A model generated the notes under the pieces. That model ran no database searches, was not told where the DNA came from, and worked only from the letters and a program-made list of their open reading frames with translations. A program made the translations under genes and the position numbers. A stretch of 46,585 nucleotides of DNA. Origin: Candidatus Hebobacteria bacterium (GTDB taxonomy: Bacteria; Armatimonadota; Hebobacteria; Hebobacterales; Hebobacteraceae). The DNA is taken from the NCBI GenBank assembly GCA_029821495.1, contig JALGTG010000003.1:1-46585 (forward strand), written 5' to 3'. Shown here piece after piece: positions 1-8,678 of this stretch (the stretch's first letter is position 1; each line of letters opens with the position of its first letter).

Positions 1-1090
1 GTACCAGGGTGCGTCGTAGGTGGGCCCCCAAGGCTCAACGCCGCGGAGGCGGCCGCGGGAGTAGTCGCCATGGCTGGGGCATTCGGCTATCACCTGCTCG
101 GAGTCGAACCAGCGCGCGTGGCCGTCCACGAACCCGATGTTGACACCGCCGAAGTGGCGGGCATAAGGCCGCCGAAGCGCGGGGTCGCGCTTCATGTCCT
201 CGATGGCCCCGCACTGCCGGCTCCAGGGGCAGCTCTCCCAGTCGGCCTGCCAGTCGCCGGGGCCCGCGCACTCGAGGTGGCATAGGTCGGGATAGGCGAG
301 AGTGCCCGTGCAGAAGTCATCTATGATTGCCCCGGCATCCGCACAGATCACGTACCAGGCGGGGTCTGCGAGGAGAGTCTCTGTAGTGGCGTTTGCGGCA
401 TTGCAGTTGGGGGCGATGGATTGTGTGAACATACCGGGGGAGGTGGTGCGGCCCTTGCCGGAGATTGGGGATGCCATCCGGTTCTGAGCTAGGGAGTCGG
501 TGACCTCACCGCCCCAACCGGGGGGCCAGCTCCCGAACTTGACGCAAAGGTGGGGCTGAGAATCCTTGCCCCACTGGCCCTGGTGGTCCTGCAAGTGGGC
601 GAGCCAGTCGGGGGCGGCGTTGATGAAGAAGGCGCCGCTCTGAAGGCGCGCATCGGGGCAGCGCCAGACATCTCTGGTCAACACATATGGATCGAGGATG
701 ACCGGCCAGCGGAGGTAGGAGTTGGCGTGGTAAGGGCGGTGGCAGTGGGATGACCGGCCAGCGGAGGTAGGAGTTGGCGTGGTAAGGGCGGTGGCAGTGG
801 GCCCTCTTCGCGGGGTCCCAGTCGGACTTGGCTCCGCCGCCGGGGTAGGTGTCGAAGTAGGCGAGGGCGGCGGGGCGATGCTCCGTTGGGGGAAAGCTCG
901 AGTCGTGGTCGGCGAGGTACATGCGCACCGCCTGGGCGATGCTGCGGACGTTGGCGAGGCAGACGGCCTGCCGGGCGCGGGCCAGCTGCTGCGCGAAGAC
1001 TGGAAGTAGCAGAGTGGAGAGCAGGCCGACCAGCACGATGGTGACCAGCAGTTCGACAAGCGTGAGGCGAGAGCGCCTTTTCCTGGCCAA
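1..1090 (-). pseudogene. Prepilin-type N-terminal domain protein with a C-terminal H-X9-DG (DUF1559-type) motif. The 3' end runs off the window and the frame is broken by a 52-bp tandem duplication.
   Basis: A TTG start at 1090 gives MARKRRSRLTLVELLVTIVLVGLL, a pilin-like hydrophobic N-terminus with Glu at +5. The ORF-track frame degenerates into Pro/Arg-rich sequence and stops at 506. My hand translation of the frame ending at nt 1 is open from ~780 to 1. It reads HCHRPYHANSYLRWPVILDPYVLTRDVWRCPDARLQSGAFFINAAPDWL...ALRRPYARHFGGVNIGFVDGHARWFDSEQV, i.e. H, nine residues, then DG. The two frames meet exactly at the duplicated 52-mer. Confidence 0.8.
698..801. repeat. Perfect 52-bp direct tandem duplication (698-749 = 750-801) with 2-nt GG microhomology at the junctions
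   Basis: Both copies read atgaccggccagcggaggtaggagttggcgtggtaagggcggtggcagtggg. Identity at period 52 extends from 696 to 801. 52 is not a multiple of 3, so the host pilin-like ORF is frameshifted. Confidence 0.95.
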
Positions 1091-1279
1091 CGCAGATTCC
1101 CCCCGTTCATCCTGCGCTGTCCCAGTGCGAGGTCCTCAGAGCGAATAGACAGCAGGAGTATGGTAGCACGGGGGGGGCGGATGTCAAGGGGCGGAGGGGG
1201 GCGCGCTGTGCGCTCTCGCGCGGGGCCGTGTAGATGGCCGCGAGGTGTCGCCTGACGGCTGCCAGGGCCTGCTTGGGGG

Positions 1280-1308
1280 TTGACAGCGGGTATTGCCGAC
1301 ACTATAAT
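1280..1308 (+). promoter_or_regulatory. Sigma70-type promoter for tRNA-Ala
   Basis: TTGACA (1280-1285), 17-nt spacer, TATAAT (1303-1308). Both hexamers are perfect consensus, and the promoter ends ~17 nt upstream of the tRNA 5' end. Confidence 0.65.
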
Positions 1309-1324
1309 TGGCCAGTCCCTAGGT

Positions 1325-1399
1325 GGGGCTGTGGCGCAGTGGGAGCGCGTTTCCTTGGCATGGAAGAGGTCGCGGGTTCGAATCCCGCCAGCTCCACCA
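1325..1399 (+). tRNA. tRNA-Ala (anticodon GGC), CCA encoded
   Basis: Cloverleaf folded by hand. Acceptor GGGGCTG pairs with CAGCTCC and includes the G3:U70 alanine identity pair. D arm is GCGC-AGTGGGA-GCGC. Anticodon arm is TTTCC-TTGGCAT-GGAAG, giving anticodon GGC. T arm is GCGGG-TTCGAATC-CCGCC, followed by ACCA. Confidence 0.93.
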
Positions 1400-1442
1400 A
1401 CCGCGGTGGTCGGACTTGCGGTTACGTTCGGGGGTTCGAGCG

Positions 1443-1467
1443 AGCACGCCGTTGGGCGTGCTTTTTT
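1443..1467 (+). terminator. Rho-independent terminator after tRNA-Ala
   Basis: Perfect 8-bp stem agcacgcc/ggcgtgct, loop gttg, followed by a run of six T. Confidence 0.8.
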
Positions 1468-1517
1468 GGTTGGGGGATGTTATGTGGTATGTCAGGGTTC
1501 GTGAGATCGGGAGGCTG

Positions 1518-2174
1518 ATGCGGCGGGCGGCTGGGCTGGGTGCGGCCTGTCAAGTGGCGCTGCTGGCGGCGGCGGGGCCGGCCGGGGCGGCAGAGGCTCC
1601 CGCTCCGGCACATGATCTCATTGTGCTGGTGATGGCGCGCTCTCCCCTTCCGACGCAGGTGTTCCTCAGTTACTCGCACGTGGTTGACGAAGGGCGGCTT
1701 CGCGGTGGCATCGCGGAGGTCGGCGAGAGGACGGGGGCGCAGTTGGGCGAGGTGGTGGTGGAACAGGCGCCGCTGAGGAAGAGCTCAGAGGAGCTTGCGA
1801 CGGCTGCTCGGTTCGCGGCGCCGGGGCTGATCAGGGCAGAGACGGGGGGGCTGCCGTTGGGAGCACTGGTCCGGGCGCTGCCCGAGTGGGAGCATATGAG
1901 GGTAGTGTTCGTGGTGGATGAGGGATTCCCGTTTGCGGGGCCGAAGGGGATGGCGGCGGACGGTTACGTGGTGCGATTGGTGGAGCAGGTGGAGGGTTAT
2001 GAATACGATGTGGAAAGAATGAGCGGGACAATGGGTCCGGCCGGGGGAAGCAGGTCTTCGGAGCAGAGATCGGCGCCGGTGGCGCCTGCGGTGCTGATCG
2101 GCGCGGCGCCCGGGCTTCTGCTAGGGTGGTTGCTGGCTGAGCGGCGCCGGGGGGAGACGGAGAAGCGGCGTTGA
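1518..2174 (+). CDS. Hypothetical exported/membrane-anchored protein
   Basis: The ORF-track ORF 1323..2174 overlaps the tRNA, so the start was moved to ATG 1518 (GGAGG just upstream); ATG 1482 is an alternative. The N-terminus MRRAAGLGAACQVALLAAAGPAGAAEA looks like a signal peptide. The C-terminus has a hydrophobic stretch plus a basic tail (VLIGAAPGLLLGWLLAERRRGETEKRR). No family recognised. Confidence 0.5.
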   Translation: MRRAAGLGAACQVALLAAAGPAGAAEAPAPAHDLIVLVMARSPLPTQVFLSYSHVVDEGRLRGGIAEVGERTGAQLGEVVVEQAPLRKSSEELATAARFAAPGLIRAETGGLPLGALVRALPEWEHMRVVFVVDEGFPFAGPKGMAADGYVVRLVEQVEGYEYDVERMSGTMGPAGGSRSSEQRSAPVAPAVLIGAAPGLLLGWLLAERRRGETEKRR

Positions 2175-2240
2175 GGGGGTGTGGGAGGCAAGCGGATGGC
2201 AATCTGTACAAGTCCCTTAACTAGAGGGAGGGGATAGCTG

Positions 2241-3305
2241 ATGGAACTGGAGCAGTTGTGTCGGTTTGCGGTAGACAGCCGGGCATCCGACTTATTCCTC
2301 AAGTCGGGGTGCCCACCGGCGCTGCGGGTGCACGGGAGGATTGTGCCGACGGATCTTCCAGATCTCACTCCGGAGGATACGAAGCGGCTGGCGCAGTCGG
2401 TGGTGTCGGAGGAGCAAATAGCTGCTTTCGAGGAGTACCATGAGCTGGACCTGGCCTTTACGCTTGGGGATGTGGCACGATTCCGGTGCAATGTGTATCT
2501 CCAGCGGGGCTCGTATGCGATGGTGCTGCGTATTGTGCCGCTGGAACTCCAGTCGGTAGAGGAGCTTGGGCTGCCGAAGTCGATCGAGGAGTTGTGCAAG
2601 CCCAAGCAGGGGCTGGTGCTGGTGACAGGTCCGACGGGGTGCGGGAAGTCGACGACGCTGGCGGCGATGTTGGATCTGCTCAACAAGACGCGTCACTGCA
2701 ACATCGTGACGATCGAGGATCCGATCGAGTTCGTGCACGAGGACAATCTTGCGATTGTTAGCCAGCGAGAGGTCGGGATAGATACGGAGTCTTTCTACGA
2801 TGCGATGAAGTATGTGGTCCGGGAGAGCCCGGATGTGATCCTGATCGGGGAGATGCGGGACGCGGAGACGATGCGGGTGGCACTGAGCGCTTCGGAAACG
2901 GGGCACCTGGTGTTCTCGACGGTGCACACGACGAGTGCTTCGGACACGATCGAGCGCATTGTGAGCATTTTCCCGCCGCACGAGAAGAGCCAGATCTGCC
3001 TGCGTCTCTCGACGAGCCTGCTGGGAGTTGTGTCGCAGAAGCTGGTGCCGCGCGCGGACGGGACGGGTCGGGTGCCGGCGGTGGAGGTGATGGTCAACAC
3101 TCCCACAGTGGCGAAGCTGATCGAGGAGGGGCGCGCGTCGCAGATATACTCGGCGATGAACGAGGGAGGGTACTGGGGCATGCAGACGATGAACCAGTCC
3201 CTGTTGAAGTACTGGCGTGCGGGGGTGATCTCGGAGGACGATGCGCTCACGTACGCCGGGAACCTGACCGAGTTGAAGCAGATGCTGCGCCGGGGAGCCG
3301 GCTAG
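2241..3305 (+). CDS. PilT/PilU-family type IV pilus retraction ATPase, paralog 1 (divergent, lacks the AIRNLIRE motif)
   Basis: Walker A GPTGCGKSTT, Asp box IVTIEDPIEF, Walker B PDVILIGEMRD, His box TGHLVFSTVHT. The PilT-signature position reads TVAKLIEE. Confidence 0.9.
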   Translation: MELEQLCRFAVDSRASDLFLKSGCPPALRVHGRIVPTDLPDLTPEDTKRLAQSVVSEEQIAAFEEYHELDLAFTLGDVARFRCNVYLQRGSYAMVLRIVPLELQSVEELGLPKSIEELCKPKQGLVLVTGPTGCGKSTTLAAMLDLLNKTRHCNIVTIEDPIEFVHEDNLAIVSQREVGIDTESFYDAMKYVVRESPDVILIGEMRDAETMRVALSASETGHLVFSTVHTTSASDTIERIVSIFPPHEKSQICLRLSTSLLGVVSQKLVPRADGTGRVPAVEVMVNTPTVAKLIEEGRASQIYSAMNEGGYWGMQTMNQSLLKYWRAGVISEDDALTYAGNLTELKQMLRRGAG

Positions 3306-3383
3306 GTCGCAGTCGGGGCGCTGTCGGGGGAGGGGGTGAGGTCTGGCGTCGCCGGCTCGTCGCCGGGGGGAAGGGAGGCGGCC

Positions 3384-4463
3384 GTGGACCTGAAGACGCT
3401 GCTGTCACTGCTGGTGCAGGTGAAGGGGTCGGATCTGCACCTGTGTGCCGGCGAGCCGCCGGCGATGCGGGTGCAGCGGGTGATTCGGCGGACGAAGTTC
3501 CCGGAGCTGGGCGCGGGGGAGGTTGCCCAGACACTGAAGGAGGTCGCCGGCAACGAGCGGTGGGAGCGATTCGAGCGGGAACGGGAGCTGGACATCGCCT
3601 ATGTGGTACCGGGGATAGGGCGGTTCCGGGTAAACATGTACTGGGACCAGAGCCGGCCGGCAGCGTGCTTCCACCGGATTCCTACCGAGGTCCAGACGGT
3701 TGACGAACTGGGGTTTCCGCCGGTTCTGAAGGAGATTGCGGAGCTTCCGAGGGGTATCGTGCTGGCGACCGGGCCGACGGGGTGCGGGAAGTCGACGACG
3801 CTGGCGGCGATGATAGCCCACATCAACGAGCATCGTCCGGTGCACGTGGTGACGATTGAGGATCCGGTGGAGTTCATCCACCGGCCGAAGATGGCGTCGG
3901 TCACGCAGAGGGAGATCGGGATAGACACCCATTCATTTGCGGAGGCGCTACGGCACGTAATGCGGCAGAACCCGGATGTGATCCTGGTCGGCGAGCTGCG
4001 AGACTTGGAGACGATCCAGCTTGCCATCACCGCTGGGGAGACGGGCCACCTGGTGTTCAGCACACTGCACACGCTGGATGCAGCCCAGACAATCGACCGG
4101 ATGGTGGATGTGTTCGAGCCGTACCGACAGGAGCAGGTGCGGGCGCAGCTGTCGATCACTCTTCAGGCGGTGATCAGCCAAGACCTGCTGCGGCGGGCGG
4201 ACGGGGAGGGCCTAGTGCCATGTCTGGAGGTCATGGTGGCTAGTCCGGGGATACGGAACCTGATCAGGGAGCGGAAGACGCACCAGATTTACAGCCTGAT
4301 TCAGGGGGGAGGGGCTGAGGGGATGCAGACGTTCGACCAGCACTTGCTGCGGCTTCACTCGGAGGGAGTCGTGACGGCCGAGGAGGCGCTGGGAAAGGCG
4401 AGCAATCCGGAGGAATTCCGTCGTCTTGCCAAGATTGGCGGTGGTCGGCAGGAGGCGGCTTAG
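3384..4463 (+). CDS. pilT: PilT-family twitching-motility ATPase, paralog 2
   Basis: GPTGCGKSTT, VVTIEDPVEF, PDVILVGELRD, TGHLVFSTLHT, GIRNLIRERKTHQIY. I prefer GTG 3384 as start (GGGAGG 5 nt upstream; N-terminus VDLKTLLSLLV aligns with the paralogs). The ORF-track start is GTG 3336. Confidence 0.9.
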   Translation: MDLKTLLSLLVQVKGSDLHLCAGEPPAMRVQRVIRRTKFPELGAGEVAQTLKEVAGNERWERFERERELDIAYVVPGIGRFRVNMYWDQSRPAACFHRIPTEVQTVDELGFPPVLKEIAELPRGIVLATGPTGCGKSTTLAAMIAHINEHRPVHVVTIEDPVEFIHRPKMASVTQREIGIDTHSFAEALRHVMRQNPDVILVGELRDLETIQLAITAGETGHLVFSTLHTLDAAQTIDRMVDVFEPYRQEQVRAQLSITLQAVISQDLLRRADGEGLVPCLEVMVASPGIRNLIRERKTHQIYSLIQGGGAEGMQTFDQHLLRLHSEGVVTAEEALGKASNPEEFRRLAKIGGGRQEAA

Positions 4464-4561
4464 CGTGCGGGTAGAATGTGTAGGAGGCGGGGCCAGCGGC
4501 GGCGCCCGTGCGGGCCGGTGCAGAAGCCGCGTTCGAGACAATCCAATGGAGAAGAGGCAGC

Positions 4562-5680
4562 ATGCCGGATCAGTATGCTATCCCACTAGATGATCTGCTG
4601 AAGTTGCTGGTGCAACATGAGGGGTCGGACATGCACCTGCGCGCTCACGAGCCTCCGGTCTTCCGTATACACGGAGACCTGCGCCGCACGAATTTCCCGG
4701 TGCTAACTCCGGAGCAGATCAAGGCCACAGTGTACGAGGTCATGGGGCCGGAGCGCATCGCAAGGTTCGAGCGAGAGCTTGAGTGTGACCTGGCTTATGC
4801 GATTAAGGGGCTGGCTCGGTTTCGAGTAAACGTTTTCAAGCAACAGGACAGTGTTGGGGCAGTGATGCGACTGATTCCCATCCGGGTGCAGAGCATTGAC
4901 GAGTTGGGCCTGCCGCCGGTTCTGAAGGAGATCGCCCTGCTGCCCCGGGGTCTGGTGCTGGTGACTGGGCCGACGGGCTCGGGCAAGTCGACGACGCTGG
5001 CGGCGACGATCAACCACATCAACGAGAACAGGCCGCTCCATATCATCACGATCGAGGACCCGATAGAGTTCATGCACTCGGACAAGGTAGCCGCGGTGAA
5101 TCAGCGCGAGGTGGAGATGGACACCCACAGCTTCGCCGATGCGCTGCGGCATGTGATGCGGCAGAACCCGGACGTGATCCTGGTCGGCGAGATGCGGGAC
5201 AATGAAACGATGCAGCTCGCGATCACGGCGGCGGAGACGGGCCACCTTGTGTTCTCCACGGTGCACACGACGGACGCTGCGCAGACGATCGACCGGATCG
5301 TGGACGTGTTCGAGCCCGAGCGCCAGCAGCAGATTCGGATGCAGCTCGCGGTGACGCTGCAGGCTGTGATCTCGATGACGCTGATGCCGCGGGTTGACCG
5401 GCCGGGCCGGGTGGCGGCGTTCGAGGTGATGATTGCCACTCCGGCCATCAGGAACCTGATTCGGGAGCAGAAAACACACCAGATCTACGGCATGATCCAG
5501 ACCGGTGCCGAGCTGAGCATGCAGACGCTCGACAATCATCTGCTCGAGCTGTACCGGAGCGGCGTCGTGAGCTATGAGATGGCGTTGTCGAAGTCCTCGA
5601 ATCCGAGTGAGTTCTCGGCCCGCGCGGGGGCTGGACAGCGAAGCGAGGAACTCATGGCGGCCGAGCCGGGCGAAGTCTGA
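4562..5680 (+). CDS. pilT: PilT-family twitching-motility ATPase, paralog 3
   Basis: GPTGSGKSTT, IITIEDPIEF, PDVILVGEMRD, TGHLVFSTVHT and an exact AIRNLIRE motif. ATG 4562 is preceded by a purine-rich ggagaagagg stretch. By eye it is roughly two-thirds identical to paralog 2. Confidence 0.9.
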   Translation: MPDQYAIPLDDLLKLLVQHEGSDMHLRAHEPPVFRIHGDLRRTNFPVLTPEQIKATVYEVMGPERIARFERELECDLAYAIKGLARFRVNVFKQQDSVGAVMRLIPIRVQSIDELGLPPVLKEIALLPRGLVLVTGPTGSGKSTTLAATINHINENRPLHIITIEDPIEFMHSDKVAAVNQREVEMDTHSFADALRHVMRQNPDVILVGEMRDNETMQLAITAAETGHLVFSTVHTTDAAQTIDRIVDVFEPERQQQIRMQLAVTLQAVISMTLMPRVDRPGRVAAFEVMIATPAIRNLIREQKTHQIYGMIQTGAELSMQTLDNHLLELYRSGVVSYEMALSKSSNPSEFSARAGAGQRSEELMAAEPGEV

Positions 5681-5697
5681 GATGGAGGAGGCAGCCG

Positions 5698-6792
5698 ATG
5701 TCTAGCGGGGAAGTGCACATCGACGATCTCCTGAAGACGGCGGTGGATCGCGACGCTTCGGACATACACATCAAGGCCGAGAGTCCTCCGCTGCTGCGGA
5801 TCTACGGCGAGTTGATTCCGATGGATCTTCCGGCCCTGAGCGAGGCCGAGGCGAAGCGGCTTTCCTACACTATTCTCGCGCCGGAGGAGCGAGACGCGTT
5901 CGAGCAGGACTGGGAGCTCGATCTCGGGTACGAGATCGAGGGACTCGCGCGCTTCCGGGTCAACGTCTTCGTGCAGCGCGGCATGACGGGCTCCGTCTTC
6001 CGGGTGATCCCACTGCACGTCCAGACCATCGAGGAGCTCGCTCTGCCCAGCGTGTGCACGTACTTCTCGGAGCGCCCGAGGGGGCTCGTGCTGGTTACCG
6101 GGCCGGCGGGGTGCGGCAAATCAACGACGCAGGCCGCGATGATTGACCATGTCAACAAGCACTTCCCCGTCCACGTGGTCACGGTCGAGGACCCGATAGA
6201 GTTTATCCACGATGCCAAGGTGTCGCTGATAAACCAGCGGGAGCTCGGGCGGGACACGAGGAGCTTCGCGAACGCGCTGAAGTATGTGTTGCGCCAGGAC
6301 CCAGACGTGATTCTGGTTGGCGAGATGCGCGATCTGGAGACGGTGCAGCTCGCCATCCGCGCTGCGGAGACGGGCCACCTGGTACTGGGGACGCTGCACA
6401 CTACCGACGCGGTGCAGACGGTGGACCGCGCGATCGACATCTTCCCCACCCACCAGCAGCAGCAGATCCGGATGCAGCTCTCGGTCAACCTGCTGGGAGT
6501 AGTCTCGCAGATCCTCGTGCGGCGTGCTGACGGGCGCGGGCGGGTGGCCGCCTTCGAGACGCTTGTTGCCATATCATCGGTGCGCAACTCGATCCGGGAG
6601 CGGAAGACCCACCAGATCGCCTCCGTGATCCAGACCGGCACTCAGCACGGGATGATGACGCTGGACCAATCGCTCTCCCATCTGGCTCGGTCGGGGGTCA
6701 TCTCCTTCGAGGAGGGGGAGGCGAAGTGCAAGAACAAGCAGGAGTATCGCCAGCTCGTCGAGACCGGCGAGACCGTCACCGCCAAGGCCTGA
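5698..6792 (+). CDS. pilT: PilT-family twitching-motility ATPase, paralog 4
   Basis: GPAGCGKSTT, VVTVEDPIEF, PDVILVGEMRD, TGHLVLGTLHT, SVRNSIRERKTHQI. GGAGGAGG lies upstream of ATG 5698. Confidence 0.9.
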   Translation: MSSGEVHIDDLLKTAVDRDASDIHIKAESPPLLRIYGELIPMDLPALSEAEAKRLSYTILAPEERDAFEQDWELDLGYEIEGLARFRVNVFVQRGMTGSVFRVIPLHVQTIEELALPSVCTYFSERPRGLVLVTGPAGCGKSTTQAAMIDHVNKHFPVHVVTVEDPIEFIHDAKVSLINQRELGRDTRSFANALKYVLRQDPDVILVGEMRDLETVQLAIRAAETGHLVLGTLHTTDAVQTVDRAIDIFPTHQQQQIRMQLSVNLLGVVSQILVRRADGRGRVAAFETLVAISSVRNSIRERKTHQIASVIQTGTQHGMMTLDQSLSHLARSGVISFEEGEAKCKNKQEYRQLVETGETVTAKA

Positions 6793-7181
6793 CCTGCGCA
6801 CGGATTGCACCCCGGCCCCGAGGTAATGCGGACCCCGTCGCAGCCTGGCAGGGCGTGGGGCCCCCCTGGGGCCGCTCTGAGTGGTTTCCCAGCAGTTCTC
6901 GCTAGGCCACGCGATTGCGTTGCCGCGGCACTCTCCGGCGCGGGAGGCGCCATTGTGCGGCCCGGTCGCAAGTGCGGGTGGGCTTGAGGCAGGAGGGTGA
7001 GGGCCAGGGAGAGAACCGAGCACGCGCCCTTGCGTCCGCAGGGGGGAGTTGTCTCGACATCCGCCGGCCGGCGCGGTGTGCCCCGGAGGAGTGGGGAGTG
7101 CGACCGCAGCGCGGCTGATGAGTTTGTGGCCGCGCGGCGGCCGGTGATACGGGAGAGCCGCGAGAGGAGGAACCTGTAGCC

Positions 7182-7514
7182 ATGGCTGCGGTAGCAGAAG
7201 TGAACGATGCAACGTTCGGACAAGAAGTGCTGGAAGCGGAGGAACCTGTGCTGGTAGATTTCTGGGCGCCCGCATGCCCGCCGTGCGTGGCGCTGGCGCC
7301 AGTGCTGGAGAAACTGGCCGGCGAAATGGCCGGTAATGTTAGGTTCGTCAAGGTGAACGCCGCCGAGGCAATGGCGACGGCGGCGAAGTATGGGGTGCAG
7401 GCAGTACCCACGCTGTTCGTGTTCAAGGGCGGGCAGATAGCGGACAGCGTCATCGGATTCCAGCCCGAGGACGAAATCCGCAGGCGGCTCGCCGCTGTTA
7501 CTGAGGAGGGATAG
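7182..7514 (+). CDS. trxA: Thioredoxin (active site CPPC instead of WCGPC)
   Basis: 110 aa with Trx-fold hallmarks: VLVDFWAPACPPCVALAPVLEKLA ... AKYGVQAVPTLFVFKGGQ. Confidence 0.85.
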   Translation: MAAVAEVNDATFGQEVLEAEEPVLVDFWAPACPPCVALAPVLEKLAGEMAGNVRFVKVNAAEAMATAAKYGVQAVPTLFVFKGGQIADSVIGFQPEDEIRRRLAAVTEEG

Positions 7515-7560
7515 CGGGCCGGCTTCTGCGCCGGCCGGCTGTCGAGCGGAGTCGAAGCGA

Positions 7561-8541
7561 GTGATGGCACCTGCCGAGAGGAGCCCCGGGGGGGGGCCAG
7601 GAGACGCGCGCCCCAGCATCTGGGATCTGGTGATCGTGGGTGGCGGCGCCGCTGGCCTCGCCTGCGCCATCTACGCAGGCCGGGCGCGGCTCGACACTCT
7701 CCTGCTCGAGAAGATGCTGCCCGGTGGACAGATCGTCCTGAGCGACATCATCGAGAACTACCCTGGCTTCCCGGATGGCGTCTCGGGGATGGAGCTGGCC
7801 CAGAGGATGCACGAGCAGGTCGGCCGGTTTGGGGCGCGGGTCGAGACGGCGACGGTGGCGGGTATCGAGGTGTCGGAGCGGCCGTTTCAGGTGCGGCTTG
7901 AGGGGAAGGGGCCGGAGGACGCGCCACGCGCCCGCAGCGTGCTTATTGCGACCGGGTGCTCGCCTCGGAAGCTCGGTGTGCCGGGGGAGAGGGAGTTCTT
8001 CGGGAGGGGAGTGTCTTACTGCGCGACGTGTGACGGTCCGCTCTTCTCAGGGAAGCGGCTGCTCGTCGTCGGCGGTGGCAACACGGCGATTGACGAGGCC
8101 CTCTTTCTCGCCAAGATCGCGAGCAAGGTAACGGTGGTGCATCGCAGGGACGAGCTGCGGGCCGACCGGATCCTACAGGAGAGGGCCTTCGCCGACCCGA
8201 AGGTCGAGTTCCTGTGGAGCCATGTCCCGAGTGAGATAGTCGGGGACGATGCCGTGCGCGCGATGCGCGCCAAGCACGTCGTTTCGGGCGAAGAGACGGA
8301 AGTCGAGGTGGCAGGCGTCTTCATCGCGGTGGGGGAGGTTCCACAGACGGGGTTCGTGCCGGAGGCAGTTGCGCGGGACGCAGGGGGATACCTCGTGACC
8401 GACGGCGATTTCCAGGCCTCAGTGCCCGGGGTGTACGTCGCGGGTGACGTGCGGTCGGGAGCCTATCGGCAGATCGCGGTGGCGGCGGGCGAGGGCGTGC
8501 TGGCATACCGCAGCATCCGGCAGTATCTGGAGGAGCGGTAG
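7561..8541 (+). CDS. trxB: Thioredoxin-disulfide reductase
   Basis: FAD motif VIVGGGAAGLACAIYAGRA, redox-active CATCDG, NADPH motif VVGGGNTAIDEALFL, C-terminal GVYVAGDV. The exact start is uncertain (GTG 7561 or ATG 7564). Confidence 0.92.
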   Translation: MMAPAERSPGGGPGDARPSIWDLVIVGGGAAGLACAIYAGRARLDTLLLEKMLPGGQIVLSDIIENYPGFPDGVSGMELAQRMHEQVGRFGARVETATVAGIEVSERPFQVRLEGKGPEDAPRARSVLIATGCSPRKLGVPGEREFFGRGVSYCATCDGPLFSGKRLLVVGGGNTAIDEALFLAKIASKVTVVHRRDELRADRILQERAFADPKVEFLWSHVPSEIVGDDAVRAMRAKHVVSGEETEVEVAGVFIAVGEVPQTGFVPEAVARDAGGYLVTDGDFQASVPGVYVAGDVRSGAYRQIAVAAGEGVLAYRSIRQYLEER

Positions 8542-8585
8542 CGGCCGCGCGCCGGGCCTTGTAGACGCTTCGGCACGGGTGGCGA

Positions 8586-8614
8586 TTGACTGCGCATACG
8601 GGGAGTGGTAGTAT
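8586..8614 (+). promoter_or_regulatory. Sigma70-type promoter upstream of the SPFH/NfeD pair
   Basis: TTGACT (8586-8591), 17-nt spacer, TAGTAT (8609-8614). A 7-bp hairpin (ccccctg...caggggg) lies in the downstream 5' UTR. Confidence 0.5.
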
Positions 8615-8678
8615 GCGGAGGCACACGGCAAAGTCCCCCTGCTAGCAGACGGACCAGCCAGGGGGCAAAGGGGTCACT

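Noticed and set aside
1323-1517. N-terminal part of ORF 1323..2174 overlapping the tRNA-Ala gene and its terminator
   Set aside because: A tRNA with a perfect cloverleaf and an intrinsic terminator occupy this stretch. The coding start was moved downstream to 1518 (or 1482).
7115-7152. CUGAUGAG followed by a GC hairpin, reminiscent of a hammerhead ribozyme core
   Set aside because: The obligatory GAAA element after stem II is absent (the sequence has GAUAC). No convincing stems I/III or cleavage-site triplet could be drawn.
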